Assembly (NCBI RefSeq): GCF_030144855.1
Contig: NC_082707.1
Location: forward strand, 166,904,001 to 166,968,000
DNA length: 64,000 nt
Reading direction: 5' to 3'
DNA from: Hypanus sabinus
Taxonomy: Eukaryota
Made by a program: the position numbers and the translations under genes
The notes under the pieces: generated by a model
What the model was told of the DNA's origin: nothing
Database searches by the model: none
The model's input: only the letters and a program-made list of their open reading frames with translations
Shown here: piece by piece, positions 11,500 through 22,869 of the stretch
Position numbering within the stretch: position 1 is the first letter of the stretch
Layout of the letters: every line of letters begins with the position of its first letter

Positions 11500-12050
11500 T
11501 CATACAGTATAGGATCGGGGTTTTTGGCCTACAAGGTCCATCCTGACCACTGAATTTATCCATGCTACCCTCATTAACTCTACTTAGTCCGTAACTTTCT
11601 ACTGTATACCTTGGTAATTTCAGTGCTTATCCTGATTCTTCTTAAATGTTGTGAGAGTACCTGACTTCACTACATCCTCAGGCAATATGCTCCAGCATCC
11701 AAGTACTAACATAAAACTCCCCATCAAATCTCTTCTAAACCTTCTACCTCTCACTTGATGCTTATGCCCTCATCTGTCCCTTGATGGATGAAAGTTTCTT
11801 TCTATTTATCGCTCTCAATTTTGTAAAACTCTATCAGCTTACCTGTCACCCTCCTACACTCCAGAAAAACCAACCCAATCTATCCACCTCCCCAGATAAC
11901 GGAAATGCTCCAGTCTAGGCAACGTCTCTTCTACTAATCTCTCCAGCACATTCACATCATTTACTGCCATGTGGCAACCAGAATTGTACACAATAATCCA
12001 GGTGTAGCCTAACTAATGTTTGATGTAATTTTAACGTGGCATCCCCGCTT
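11500..12050 (-). mobile_element. Old CR1-type LINE 3' fragment
   Basis: Decayed YCVQFWLPHG motif and CR1 tail on the minus strand. Confidence 0.6.
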
Positions 12051-12309
12051 TCAATACCATGGCAGATTAGATGCTACATGCTGCCAGCAAATCCAGGGTG
12101 AGGAGGACAGTGAATGGATGCCAATCATAGCAAGCAGGAGCACAGTGCAGATGACATTTGTTTCTTCAGCAGGACATACTGGCTTGGTCACACATTAAGA
12201 ACAGCCGCTGCCTGCTCTATTCAGAGCTGTCCACTTTCGGGAAGCTTGTCTTGAAACATTAACATTGTCTCTCTCAGCCTCTATATTAAGCCTTTATACT
12301 CTATATTAA

Positions 12310-12452
12310 GAAAAGCAGCTGATACTTTTAAGAGATGTTTAGATAGGCATGTGAATGTGAGGAAAATTGAAGGATATGGCATTGCTAATTTAATTGGTTC
12401 AGCACAACATTGTGGGCCGAAGGGCCTGTTCCTGTGCTGTAGTGTTCTATGC
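12310..12452 (+). mobile_element. CR1 3' tail
   Basis: gcacaacattgtgggccgaagggcctgttcctgtgctgtagtgttctatg, shared with other CR1 ends in the window. Confidence 0.7.
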
Positions 12453-12500
12453 TCTATACTGGAACAGATTAGTTAGCATACAATGAAGCAAAACACTCAC

Positions 12501-12730
12501 CCTATTCATTAGAGAAATAGTTTTAACATTTATATACTGTGCGTCCAAATCCACACGGAAAGATGTTCCGGGTTGAAAGACAACGTCATCATATTGGCAA
12601 GGGACACTTTCGTCGTCCAAAGTAAAGGTGTATTTGTTTTTTTCCAACTCACTTTCTGATAAAATTGTCTGCCAATATTTGGGATCATACCATTTATATT
12701 GATCAGGATCATTGAAAGTGATATCTTCAC
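12501..12730 (-). CDS. AMN: Amnionless exon 5 (230 nt)
   Basis: ctgcag|GT GAA...AAT AGG|gtgagt. EDITFNDPDQYKWYDPKYWQ...ESVPCQYDDVVFQPGTSFRV...ISLMNR versus human WHDPHLW...[20 protein letters not shown]. Confidence 0.96.
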
Positions 12731-13903
12731 CTGCAGTTGAAAGAGTACGCACTTTAGCACTTCAGCATTGATACTTTTACTGAAGCTCTGTTGTTTTCTG
12801 TTGAACTCATTCTAATGAGTCAGTTATTTCTGGAAAATTAAATAACTGATTTTGTAAATAATGGAATCAGCATTAAACTCTCCAGTTACCAGCACAGATA
12901 ATATGCATACAAGGACTCAAATAACATCTGCAATAGGAAGTTATGTGCCAAGCTTAAGGTCCATTTCTCGTGCCGGCATGTTTTGTAGCTTCTGTGACGG
13001 ACAACAGTTATAGAGAATGGAGTACAGAGGACCATTTGTACTGGTTGCCATTGAGTGCTGAGGATTTGCTTAAAACTGCAATTGTTTCAAAACCACTTGA
13101 TTTAGATTATCCTGGGTCCACATAGGAAACAGAGATGTCAAAATTGAAGATTACATGAGGAAGCATAATGTTAACAGGGTGAGGGAGAAGTGTACCACAC
13201 TTGAACTATAATCATTAAAAAACAAGGAAGCATAGCCTGCAGAATGCTTTGTTGGACTCTTCGTACAAATACAGTGGGAAATTCTCTTATATCCTCATTT
13301 ATGAGTGATGGACTGACTGAAAATGAGAGCATTTTAAAAAGATTTTAAGTAATAACCTTATTTTTTGCTGAAAGGTGTTGAAGAGTTCAAGAGGTGAGCA
13401 TTAAAGTGTAAGCAGAATGTTGATTGTGTAGGAAGGAGCCGGCAATCAGAAAGAATTTGGGTAATATAGAGTGTAATAGTGAAAGGCATTTGCCCCTTGA
13501 ATTAAACACCGTACATTAAATGAGTCAAAAAAGGACACAGATCTGAAGTGGGGACCAGAAACTTGGATTCAGGGCAATTAGGACGATCATTGCTCAGTTT
13601 ACAAATTGAACAGTATCAACAGACGTATGCAGGATCACAGATTATTCTTAGTGGTACAGTCCTGATTTAGAGTTAAACACAGATTTCCTTTCCATGAATT
13701 AAATGAGTCAGATTTCTCTTTCTCCCTGTTATGGTTACTTGAGGGCAATTAGCACTGTAGTTTGACAAACTCAAAAGGTTTTGGAGGTTGGTCTGCACTA
13801 CGAAATGTTTTTATGTTGAAGCAACTAAGTACTCTACTATTGAAAGGTAGTCTGGTTTTTATCCTGCGATGAAAAAAAGTGAGAGCCACTAAATAATGAT
13901 ATA

Positions 13904-14491
13904 TCTGTCTCTCCTATATTTCCACAGTTTCTGGAAAGATCACCAGGATCCCGAAGAAATACTGGATTAATACCATCTACAAACCCACAAGGATGACTTG
14001 GGACTGGGATCGGCTGGCACTTACAGGATTCCCTGTGAATGCGAAGCAATGTATAATTGGCCAGATGGGATGCACAGTGGAAACCCACAGGAGCACAGGA
14101 GGTGTATCCATTTGGGTTACCCAGAGAGATTGGTGGTAACAGAACACTACATTCACTATGGCCATTGGATGGATTTCAACGACACAAAACTATTGGTCCA
14201 CACCAATGGCCTTTGGGACTGCCTGGTAAAGGAAACCATTGAAATAAAACTAGAGCAAAAGAATTTTAACAAAGGTGAAGGTCTCGCTCAGGTAAGAACT
14301 GGAAGTCTATTATATACAAGGTGGAAGAGCAGAAATCAGATTGGATGAGGACTAACGAATCAGGAGGGACGGACTATGGGGGTAGCACTGGACTAGACAT
14401 GCTCAGGTGTGATTCCTGAAGTTTGTCATCGAAACGTTGGTTATAATCAATACCCGTGCTTGTCTGGAAGCCCGAGAAGAATTCATTTGTG
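13904..14491 (+). mobile_element. Penelope-like element 3' fragment (GIY-YIG endonuclease), second family
   Basis: GTYRIPCEC...EHRRCI...EH...LVKETIEIK...NFNKGEG (ORF 13998-14348). Direct repeat ATGATATA at 13896-13903 and 14492-14499. Confidence 0.85.
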
Positions 14492-14500
14492 ATGATATAC

Positions 14501-14588
14501 CTCTTTCACATCCTGGTTCAATCTGACCATCACTGGCAGCAAATCCAACACCGTGACTGAGAATGAACTCTCCATCAAGGGGCATGTA
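14501..14588 (-). CDS. AMN: Amnionless exon 4 (88 nt)
   Basis: ttgttag|TAC...AGA G|gtatat. YMPLDGEFILSHGVGFAASDGQIEPGCER versus human LLPLDGELVLASGAGF. Confidence 0.95.
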
Positions 14589-15199
14589 CTAACAAATAGA
14601 AACAAGTAAAAGAATCATTATAGTTCAGATTGATAAAAGTTTAAATTGTTTAACAGTGTAATATTGTTATGTGATGCATGGCATTTTAATCTGCCAGCTC
14701 ACTGACAAAGAGCTTTATTTAGTAAATTAAATGCATTACTTTGATAAACAATTTCCATGGGTTATTCAATTTTGTTATTTCTTGGAAGAATAGAACATTT
14801 AATTTATTGATAAATAGGGTCTTCTAATTAGCCTCAGTCCTGGGAAAACATCATTATTACACAAATGAGGTAGTTTCAGATCCCATATCAGATATCTCAG
14901 GGTTTCTGAATCCCTGCACAATTTAGTGCCAATTACAACCATATTATAGACATGTTATTCCAGACTAGTGCAAATACTCTTCACTCTGTAAAAGTCCTAT
15001 CCTGCACCATTTCATTCACTCCCTATCCTTTTTCTTCTAGACATATATTGTAAATGTCCTACAAGAAATGAAGTTTGTAAACTCCTGTCAGATTCTAATG
15101 CGCTTGAGTACAAAAACGACGTGCTACCCACTGTTCCGTATGCTGTTGCAATAGTGTAATTCTTCAATGTAGTATACGCAGTGGATCGATGTAACATTT

Positions 15200-16050
15200 G
15201 ATTGAGATTTTTCCAACTGTCACTAAATTGCAGGAGGGTACCGGAAGACAATCAATGTGAATCCCTCATTCAAAAAGAGAGGAGGGGAACTGCAGGCCAG
15301 ACATTTTATATCGACTGTGGGTAAGTTCTGGAGTCAATAACTAATCATTTAGAAAAGTTGAATATAATCAACCCTAGTCACCATGCATGGATATGATAGG
15401 AAAAGTTAAGAGTTGTAGTGTATTTAGATTTCTAAATGCATTTAATAAGATGCCACTTTAGATACTAGTGCATAAATTAAGAGCCCAAGCTATTGGAGAA
15501 AGGACATCGATATGGATTGAAAACTGGATGTCACATAGAAAATCAAAGTTGAAATGACCAACACTTTTGGGTGAAGGGATGGAAGTTAGTGCAATATTTC
15601 AGGGATCGGTTCCTGATCCTCAAATTTTACTATTTATATAACAGACCCAAGAGAGGGAACAATTTGTAAGGTTGCCAAATTTGCCGATGATACTTAAATA
15701 GGTGGAAGGGTCGAGATGATGAAGACATTGTGATTCTGTGGTGAGGTATAGAAAGTCTGAGCGACTGGGCAAAATCTGGCACTTGGATTTTAATGTAGGA
15801 AAGTGTGAGGTCATGCTGTTTGATAAGAGGAAACAGAAGACAAATCGTTATCTACATGCAGAGGGATGGGAATGAATGAAGTAAAGAACATCTTAGGTGT
15901 TCGACTGCAGGAGTCACAAAAAGTTATAAAACAGGTTCAACAAGTTGATAAGAGAACGAAGGGCATATTTTAATGTAGAGTGGTTTTGTTATAATTGTAC
16001 AGGGTGTTGGCATGGCCATTCCTGAAATACTGTGCATGGCTTTAAAACTC
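15200..16050 (+). mobile_element. Old CR1-type LINE RT fragment
   Basis: Remnants of VVYLDF, AKFADDT and FNVGKCEV motifs with many stops. Confidence 0.75.
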
Positions 16051-16089
16051 TGAACTAAAGCTAGATAGAGTAGCATTGGAATAAGTTCC

Positions 16090-17860
16090 AAGTAAAGTTC
16101 AATCAAAATAAATTTATTATCGAAGTATGTATATGTCATTATATACAAACCAGAGATTCATTTTCTTGTGAGCACATTGAATAAATCCATAGAATAATAC
16201 TGTAACCGTAACAGAATCAGTGAAAGACTACCCAACTAGGGTGTTGAACCACAGTGCAGAAAACAAACTGTGCAAACGCAAAAAGAAGAAATAATAATAA
16301 TAAGTATCAAAAACATGAGATGAAGTATTCTTGAAAGTGAGTCCTTTGACAACTGCTCCTGAAGCTGGTGGTGCGAGTCCTGGGGCTCCTGTACCATCTT
16401 CCTGATGGCAGCAGTGAGAAGAGAGCATGACCTGGGTGGCCAGGGTTCCTGATGAGGGATGCTGCTCTCCTGCAACATTGTTTCACATAGATGTGCTGAA
16501 TGGTAAGGAGGACTTTACCCGTGATGGACTGGGCCATATCCACTACTTCTGGTAGTATCTTCTGTTCAAGGATATTGGTGTTTCCATACCATGTTGTGGT
16601 GCAGCCAGTCAATATACTCTCCACCACACATCTATAGAACGTTGGTGGATGGAAATGCTACTGGGCGATAGTCATTGAGGCACGATACCACACTTTTCTT
16701 GGCACTGGTATAATTGAAGCCTGCTTGGAGCGGTGGTTGGGGTCGGTGGGGGGGGGGGGGGGTTACAACACACTGCCGAAGCGAGAGGTTAAAGATCTCA
16801 GTGAACGTTACAGCCCGTTGATCAGCACAGGCCTTTAGTACTTTCCCAGGTACCTCATCTGTGCTAGATACTTTTCACGGGCTCATCCTTCTAAAGACTG
16901 CTCGCATATTGGCTTCAAACACTGAATCATTGGGGGATGTGGGAGTTTATGATGGTTTCTCTATATTTTGACAGTCAAGGTGAGCGTAAAAGGCATTGAG
17001 GAAGTGAAGCCCATGTTGCCAAAGTCACTCGATTTAACTTTACGAGAGGTGATAACATTCAAGCCCTGCCACAACTGTCCAGCATCCTTTGTTGATTCAA
17101 CTTTGGTCCAGAATTGCCACTTCACCTGTGAAATCACTTTCCAGAGGTCGTACCTGGACCTCTTGTAACCTTCTTGGTCACCAAACTTGAATGCCTCAGA
17201 TCAGCTTCTCAGCAAATTTTGGATCTCATTGTTCACTTAGAGCTTCTGAGTGGGGAAGACTGAATGATTTTGTGGGGGTACACTCAGCTACAGCTGCTTG
17301 GCTAGTGCCCATTACAACCATGGTGGATTCATTCAGATCCACAGATGAGTCTTTGGCTCAGTCCACTAACTCAAAGCAATCCCATAGTCACTCCTCTACC
17401 TCCCATGACCACCTCTTCGTTATCCTAATCTCTGGAGCTTTACTCTTTGGTCCCTGCCTGTCTGCAGGTAGGAGAAAGACAGCCCAGTGATCTGATTTAC
17501 TGAAATGTGTTCTGGGTGTGGAACAGTGGACATTCCTTATCCAAGTATAACAGCTGTCGGGTATTTTGAACCTTCGGTGCTGCAGGCTATATGCAGATGA
17601 TAACTGAGCAGGGTTTTCTTCAAAAGACCCTGTTTGAAGTCTCCAACTATGATTTGAAATGAGTCTTGTTTCTTGTTTGGAGACAGCATCATGTAGTGTC
17701 GCGAGCACTTGATTATAGTCAGCCACCGGTGGTATGTCAACTCCGGTGAGAATCATGGAGGAAAACTCCCTAAGTAAATAAAATGGTTAGCATTTGCCTG
17801 TTAGGTGTTCCAAATCGGCCAAACATGAATTTGACAAAACTGCCGCATCGAAGCGCCACT
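16090..17860 (-). mobile_element. Rex1/Babar-type LINE (endonuclease part fused to 3' end by internal deletion)
   Basis: ESILTGCTTTWYGN, HPGHALFSLLPSGRWYRS, IIVGDF and FSKSDHWAVFLLPA. 3' tail ...cttcgataataaattt. Confidence 0.85.
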
Positions 17861-18449
17861 GAGAGTTTATCATGAAACACACACCAACTCCTTTTGCCTT
17901 TTCCAAATCAACAGTTTAGTCCATTCTATAAACTGAGAAGCTATCAGGTCTGATTGCTGTTTCTGGCATGCTGGTAGAATGTCAGATGCTGCCTGGCCTC
18001 CTGACTTCCTGCAGCATTTTATGTGAGATGCTGGGAGAAAGCCATGTTTCAAGTCAAACATCGAAGCTGACAGTCTCTCATTTCTCTCCCATACAGCAAT
18101 CTTGTCCCCAGGTCCTCAATTTTGTTCTCCAGTGATTGCACATTTACCAGCAAGATGCTGGAAAGAGGGGGCCTCATCCCACTGAATTTCAACCAAGCTT
18201 GGAGACCCCCTCATGCCTCACTTCCAGCCAAGGCCACGAATCCTCATCTGTTTAACAGTGCCAAACACACCTGGCCTGCCGAGTCCTTCAGATGACCCTG
18301 AAACTGGTAAATCATTAAGTTGATTTAAAAGCACATTGCATAGAGGGAAAGTACATGCTGTAGACTGCAGCAAGAATAATTGAATAATGTATATTTAAAA
18401 GTATATTTAGAACTGTTGTCCGCAGCCCACAGAACATCACCGATGATCA

Positions 18450-18975
18450 TCAGCGCTATCTTATACTTGAGGCAGTCCAGGAGAGTTTCACCAATCTTCC
18501 TCCTGGGATAAGAGGATTGACTTCTCCATGAGAAGTCAAGGAGTCTGGATCGGTATTTCTCAGAGTTTAAATAAACGAACGTTGCCCTTCTTCAAACATT
18601 GAAGGCTCTAAGAAATTTTTACAGGATAATGCTGAGACTGTTGTAACAATGGGAAGTCTCAAACAAGGGAACATACTTACAAGATAAGGAACTGGTCATT
18701 AAAAACTGAGGTATGTAGAAACTTTTTAAAAATTGCACTTAGTAAACCTCCACAATTCTGCTCACCAGGGTGAACAGGCCAGATCATTGAAAGTCTTTAT
18801 GATGGAGATAATTAAATATTTGAAAGTCGGAGGAATTGAGGACTATTTGGAACTTGCATTGAAAAGGAGTTAAGCCCTGCATAGATCAGCCATGACCGTA
18901 TTGAAAGAGACCGTGGTGGGAGAGAGAATACGGGCTTAAGGGGTTTTCTGGCTGCTGTCTATTTTCCTGCGTTCT
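18450..18975 (+). mobile_element. Old CR1-type LINE 3' fragment
   Basis: LEAVQ...FT..LPG-like remnant and CR1-like tail. Confidence 0.55.
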
Positions 18976-21257
18976 TGATTTCTTCTAAAATAAACCAGGA
19001 TAATTCTGCTGCAAAAAACAGACAGAAGAATCCACAGTAAATGATAGAAATACATGAACAAGCACTTAGTGAATGTTAGTTTCAAAAAGTGTGTTAAAGT
19101 AGCAATGGGAATGGAGAAATGGAAGGGTTTAAGGGGGGAGTTTCAGCATGTGCAATCAAGATGAGAGGTAGCACCAGGATTGGGGAAGAGGGGTTGACAT
19201 GGAAAGAACTGAACTGAGTGGGGGATTCACTTGTTCAATGCTTCAAGCACACATGTCGTACTTACGCATGTGAGATCACGCAGGACATGGGTTTGAAGCC
19301 CTTTATATGCAAGGATAAATAGTTTAAACTTTTGATTTCAATGGACTGGAGTCAGTGTAAACTAGGAAGAACAAGCATTGTGGCAGAGGAAGGCTTGGTG
19401 CAGAGCAGGATAAAGGCAGTGGTGCTTTAACTGAGCTGAAGCTTACAGAAGGATGGGAGACCGGCCAAAGAAAACCTCTGAGTCAGAAGGTGATGAAGGC
19501 ATGTATTAGAGTAGTATCATTAGCCAGATAAGTGTAACTACAGTTACATCATGTCCTGGTTAAACCATACCTCATGCACTGTGAACTTGAGGAAAGAAAA
19601 AAAATGGCCTTGAATAAGCATGAAGCAGTGATAACTGGATTTAACTAGGAAGAGAAATTACAGAAACCATGGTAGCAGTTTGGAATTTAGTACGTTAAGA
19701 GGTGAATTAGGTTACGTTTTCAGGATACAACTAGAAACTGATAGGGTCAAAGGAGAGAGATAGTCAAAGGAGACAGTGACTGCTGATTTGTGTGTAGTGA
19801 CCAAAGATTAGGAAAAAATACAGCCAGGTGCGAAGTTAGCAAACATTTCCAGGCATTGAAAGGAATAGAAGCTAGGAATATATTTCCACAAAGGGAAGTT
19901 GGTGCTCTGTTAGCTGCTAGTGTTGAAAAAAAAGTTTACGGAACCCAAGCTATTAAGAGGTTTGGGGAGAAGGTGAGTCTAACAAGTCCATAATTTGATT
20001 AGATTGTGGAAGAGGTTTAAGAGGCCAAATTATCCACTGCCACTCCTCGGTGTAGTCCTTGTGATAGAGTAGGCCATGAAGTCAGTGGATGCTGAAGCTC
20101 CAAATAGTCTGGTTCAGCCTGAGACAATTGGTGAGAAGGAGGATTGAATTAGTGACACGATGAGTGGGAAGCATAAAAACTCCATGTTTCAACAAAGCTA
20201 ATTATGGATGGATGAATACAAAACTGAAATCTGATTTATGACTGAAGAGTGAATAATTCTCTTGCCTGTACAAGTTCTGGCACTTCAGGCCAGCATGCCT
20301 ACGAAGCTGTAATGAGCATCATGTTGTAACATAGACCTTGGGACTAAGCCATTTTCCTATAATTCTAATCTATAATTCTGCTAGAATCTGCTGACCTGCT
20401 CAAACAAGTTTTAGTCATTTTAGAATATATATTGAGGTAAAGGTGTGGTCAATTCAAATAAATTAAAATCTAGCATATCTCATTAAAACCTGATAGAAGG
20501 ATAACTCACTCTTTCAATGTAATTACAAATTATGCTACCAGCAAAACACCAAAGCTTTTCTTCAGTATTTTCCATAATGAAGTTCTCCAATAATCAGCGT
20601 GCTCATAGTATGTGCTTTATCCTTGGTGCAAATGTGAAAGGTAGGAGGAGGAGATGTACTGGTTTTTAGACTTTAGACCCAGTCTTCTGTAAACACTTAA
20701 AAAAAAAGGCAATGAAGTGTAGCAAACCTCAGAAATTGCCACCTACAGAAGATATCTAGGATACTTCAAGTGCAGCATGAAAACATCAGAAACATTGCAA
20801 CTTTTTGGGCACAGAACCTCTCAAGATCTTTCTCCCTTATTTCCCTGCACCTTAATCTCAACTTTGAATATCTTCAGTCACTGAACAACCATAATCCTCT
20901 GAGGTGCAGACATCTAAAGAGAAGTTTGTCCTCACCAAAATCCTAAATGGTCTTCTCCCAAGTCTAGACTCTCAAACTACAGGGCCACTTACCATCCAGT
21001 CTATTAATCCTTCTTAGAATCTTAAATCAATGTGACCACCTCAAATCTTTATAAATTGCATTGACTGTAAATGAATATTAACCAATTCCTCCTCAAAGGA
21101 TTATTGTCTCATCCCAGGAATCTATCTAATACATAAATCTACCCTGTAATCTCCAAGTAAATTCTATAGACACACATCAAATGTCACTTTAGCCCTACAC
21201 AGTCTTAGGAAGACCCTATCACTTAATTTCACTTTAATCCTTTTGCATAAAATGTAA

Positions 21258-21462
21258 GAGCAAACACGAGGAAATCTGCAGATGCTAGAAATTCAAGCAA
21301 CACACACAAAATGCTGGTGGAACACAACAGGCCGGGCAGCATCTATAGGAGAAGCACTGTCGACGTTTCAGGCCGAAGGGTCTCAGCCCGAAACGTCGAC
21401 AGTGCATCTCCTATAGATGCTGCCTGGCCTGCTGTGTTCCACCAGCATTTTGTGTGTGTTGC
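21258..21462. mobile_element. Fold-back (inverted) Penelope terminal-repeat fragment
   Basis: 80-bp arms 21297-21376 and 21383-21462 with 5 mismatches by eye. Flanking direct repeat TTGCATAAAAT(G/A)TAA at 21243-21257 and 21459-21473. Confidence 0.85.
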
Positions 21463-21699
21463 ATAAAATATAACATACTTTTTGCAAATCACGCAGCAGT
21501 GCACTAAAATCTTTCTGTGCACCAGTGTTTACTAGTTTACTAGAATTGCTTTTCAATTCTTCCTACAAATTTCATAACTTCATATGTTTCTAAGTGATAA
21601 CTTTTGTCCACTTACTTAGCTTCACTGTATCAAGTTGCAGACCTTTTGTATTTTCCTCCTCTGTAACATCAACAAACTTAGATAGGCCACCTTTTTTTT

Positions 21700-22150
21700 T
21701 GGTGACGGTGCTGGAGACTTGGGTCTGGGGCAAAGTTTGATCGACTTGATGGACTGGATGGTCATTCATGTTGTGTTGAATTAATGGCTTCTGGTTGCTG
21801 CTTTACATTGATGTTTTGTGCGATATTAATCAGGGTGAACTTGCACTATGGCCTGTAGTCAGTGAATGGCACAGCACTTGACTGGATTGAACTGAGCTGA
21901 AGCTGAACATTCCTGAACTGTTTCATTGACTTTGTGGTTGTTCACTTATATTTTGTGTTTTTTTGGTTCAATTTTTTTTTGGTATTTGTACGATTTGTTC
22001 CTTTCTTTTGTGTGCTGCAGGTTTGGTGTTTTTCTTTGAATGGGTCCCATGGTTTTCTTTGTTTCATGGCTCTCTGTGTGAAGATGAATATTAGGCTTCT
22101 ATACTGCGCACACACACACATTGATAATAAATGTACTTTGAATCTTTGAA
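21700..22150 (+). repeat. Unclassified non-autonomous repeat, copy 1
   Basis: Shares ggtgctggag...gggcaaagtttgatc...tttcttgtttc...gataataaatgtactttga with 36495-37100 and 50380-51035. Confidence 0.75.
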
Positions 22151-22869
22151 AAGGCCCTCTTTTGGCATCCATTTAGTAATAGTTTGCCAACCCAAAAATG
22201 ATGCATTTATTCCTACCATTTTCTGACCTTCACAAATTCTATCAATACTAATGTCCAACTCCAAATCTCAGTCAACCCTGTGGACTCATTATTAATATTT
22301 CAATATGGTCCCTTATCAAATGTCTTTTGAAAATACTTTGGTTTCCCCCATTTACCATGCCAGTTACATTCAGAAAAAGCTCCATTCTATTACTCTGACA
22401 TGACTTCTTCAATAACACAATACAACCTCTGCCTGATCAAATTATAATTTAAGGGATCTTTTAAGCATCGTTAATGATAGATTCCAGCATTTTACTAACA
22501 GCAAGTGCATGGCTGACCACTCTTCATTTCTATAGTTAGTCTTCTCTCTCTTTAAATACCAGTTTTACAGATATTAGTTCTAATATGCTAGCATTGTCTC
22601 ACAATCAGTGAATTTTTGCGAGACCAACACTGGCCCATGTGCGAGGTTTGCAGTCACCTCTTAGATTGCTGCACAGAATTCCAACAGGTCTTCCATACCT
22701 TTGAATATCTGTTGTATTTTACATTGAGTGATATTAATGCTTTTATCTTCCTTCGACACCAGGTTTAACTTTAATGTGTCTTTTGTAGTGAACATTGATA
22801 CAAAATATTTAATTTGCCAGTTCTTTTACAGCCACCACTTCTCTGTTTTAGTTTCCACAGGATACTCAA

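Larger units (their letters stand above)
20780..22760 (-). mobile_element. Highly decayed CR1-type LINE interrupted by younger insertions
   Basis: Scattered RT motifs on the minus strand (DFQKTFDKGP, KFVDVTE). Interrupted at 21258-21462 and 21700-22150. Confidence 0.5.

Noticed and set aside
12961-13020. Imperfect 60-nt hairpin CCATTTCTC...GAGAATGG
   Set aside because: Weak, GU-rich and within chance expectation.
16746-16762. Poly-G run (another at 52046-52058)
   Set aside because: Simple homopolymer expansion with no supporting context.
20510-20554. 45-nt AG...GT open segment (LWCFAGSIICNYIER) as an AMN exon 3 candidate
   Set aside because: No similarity to AMN.
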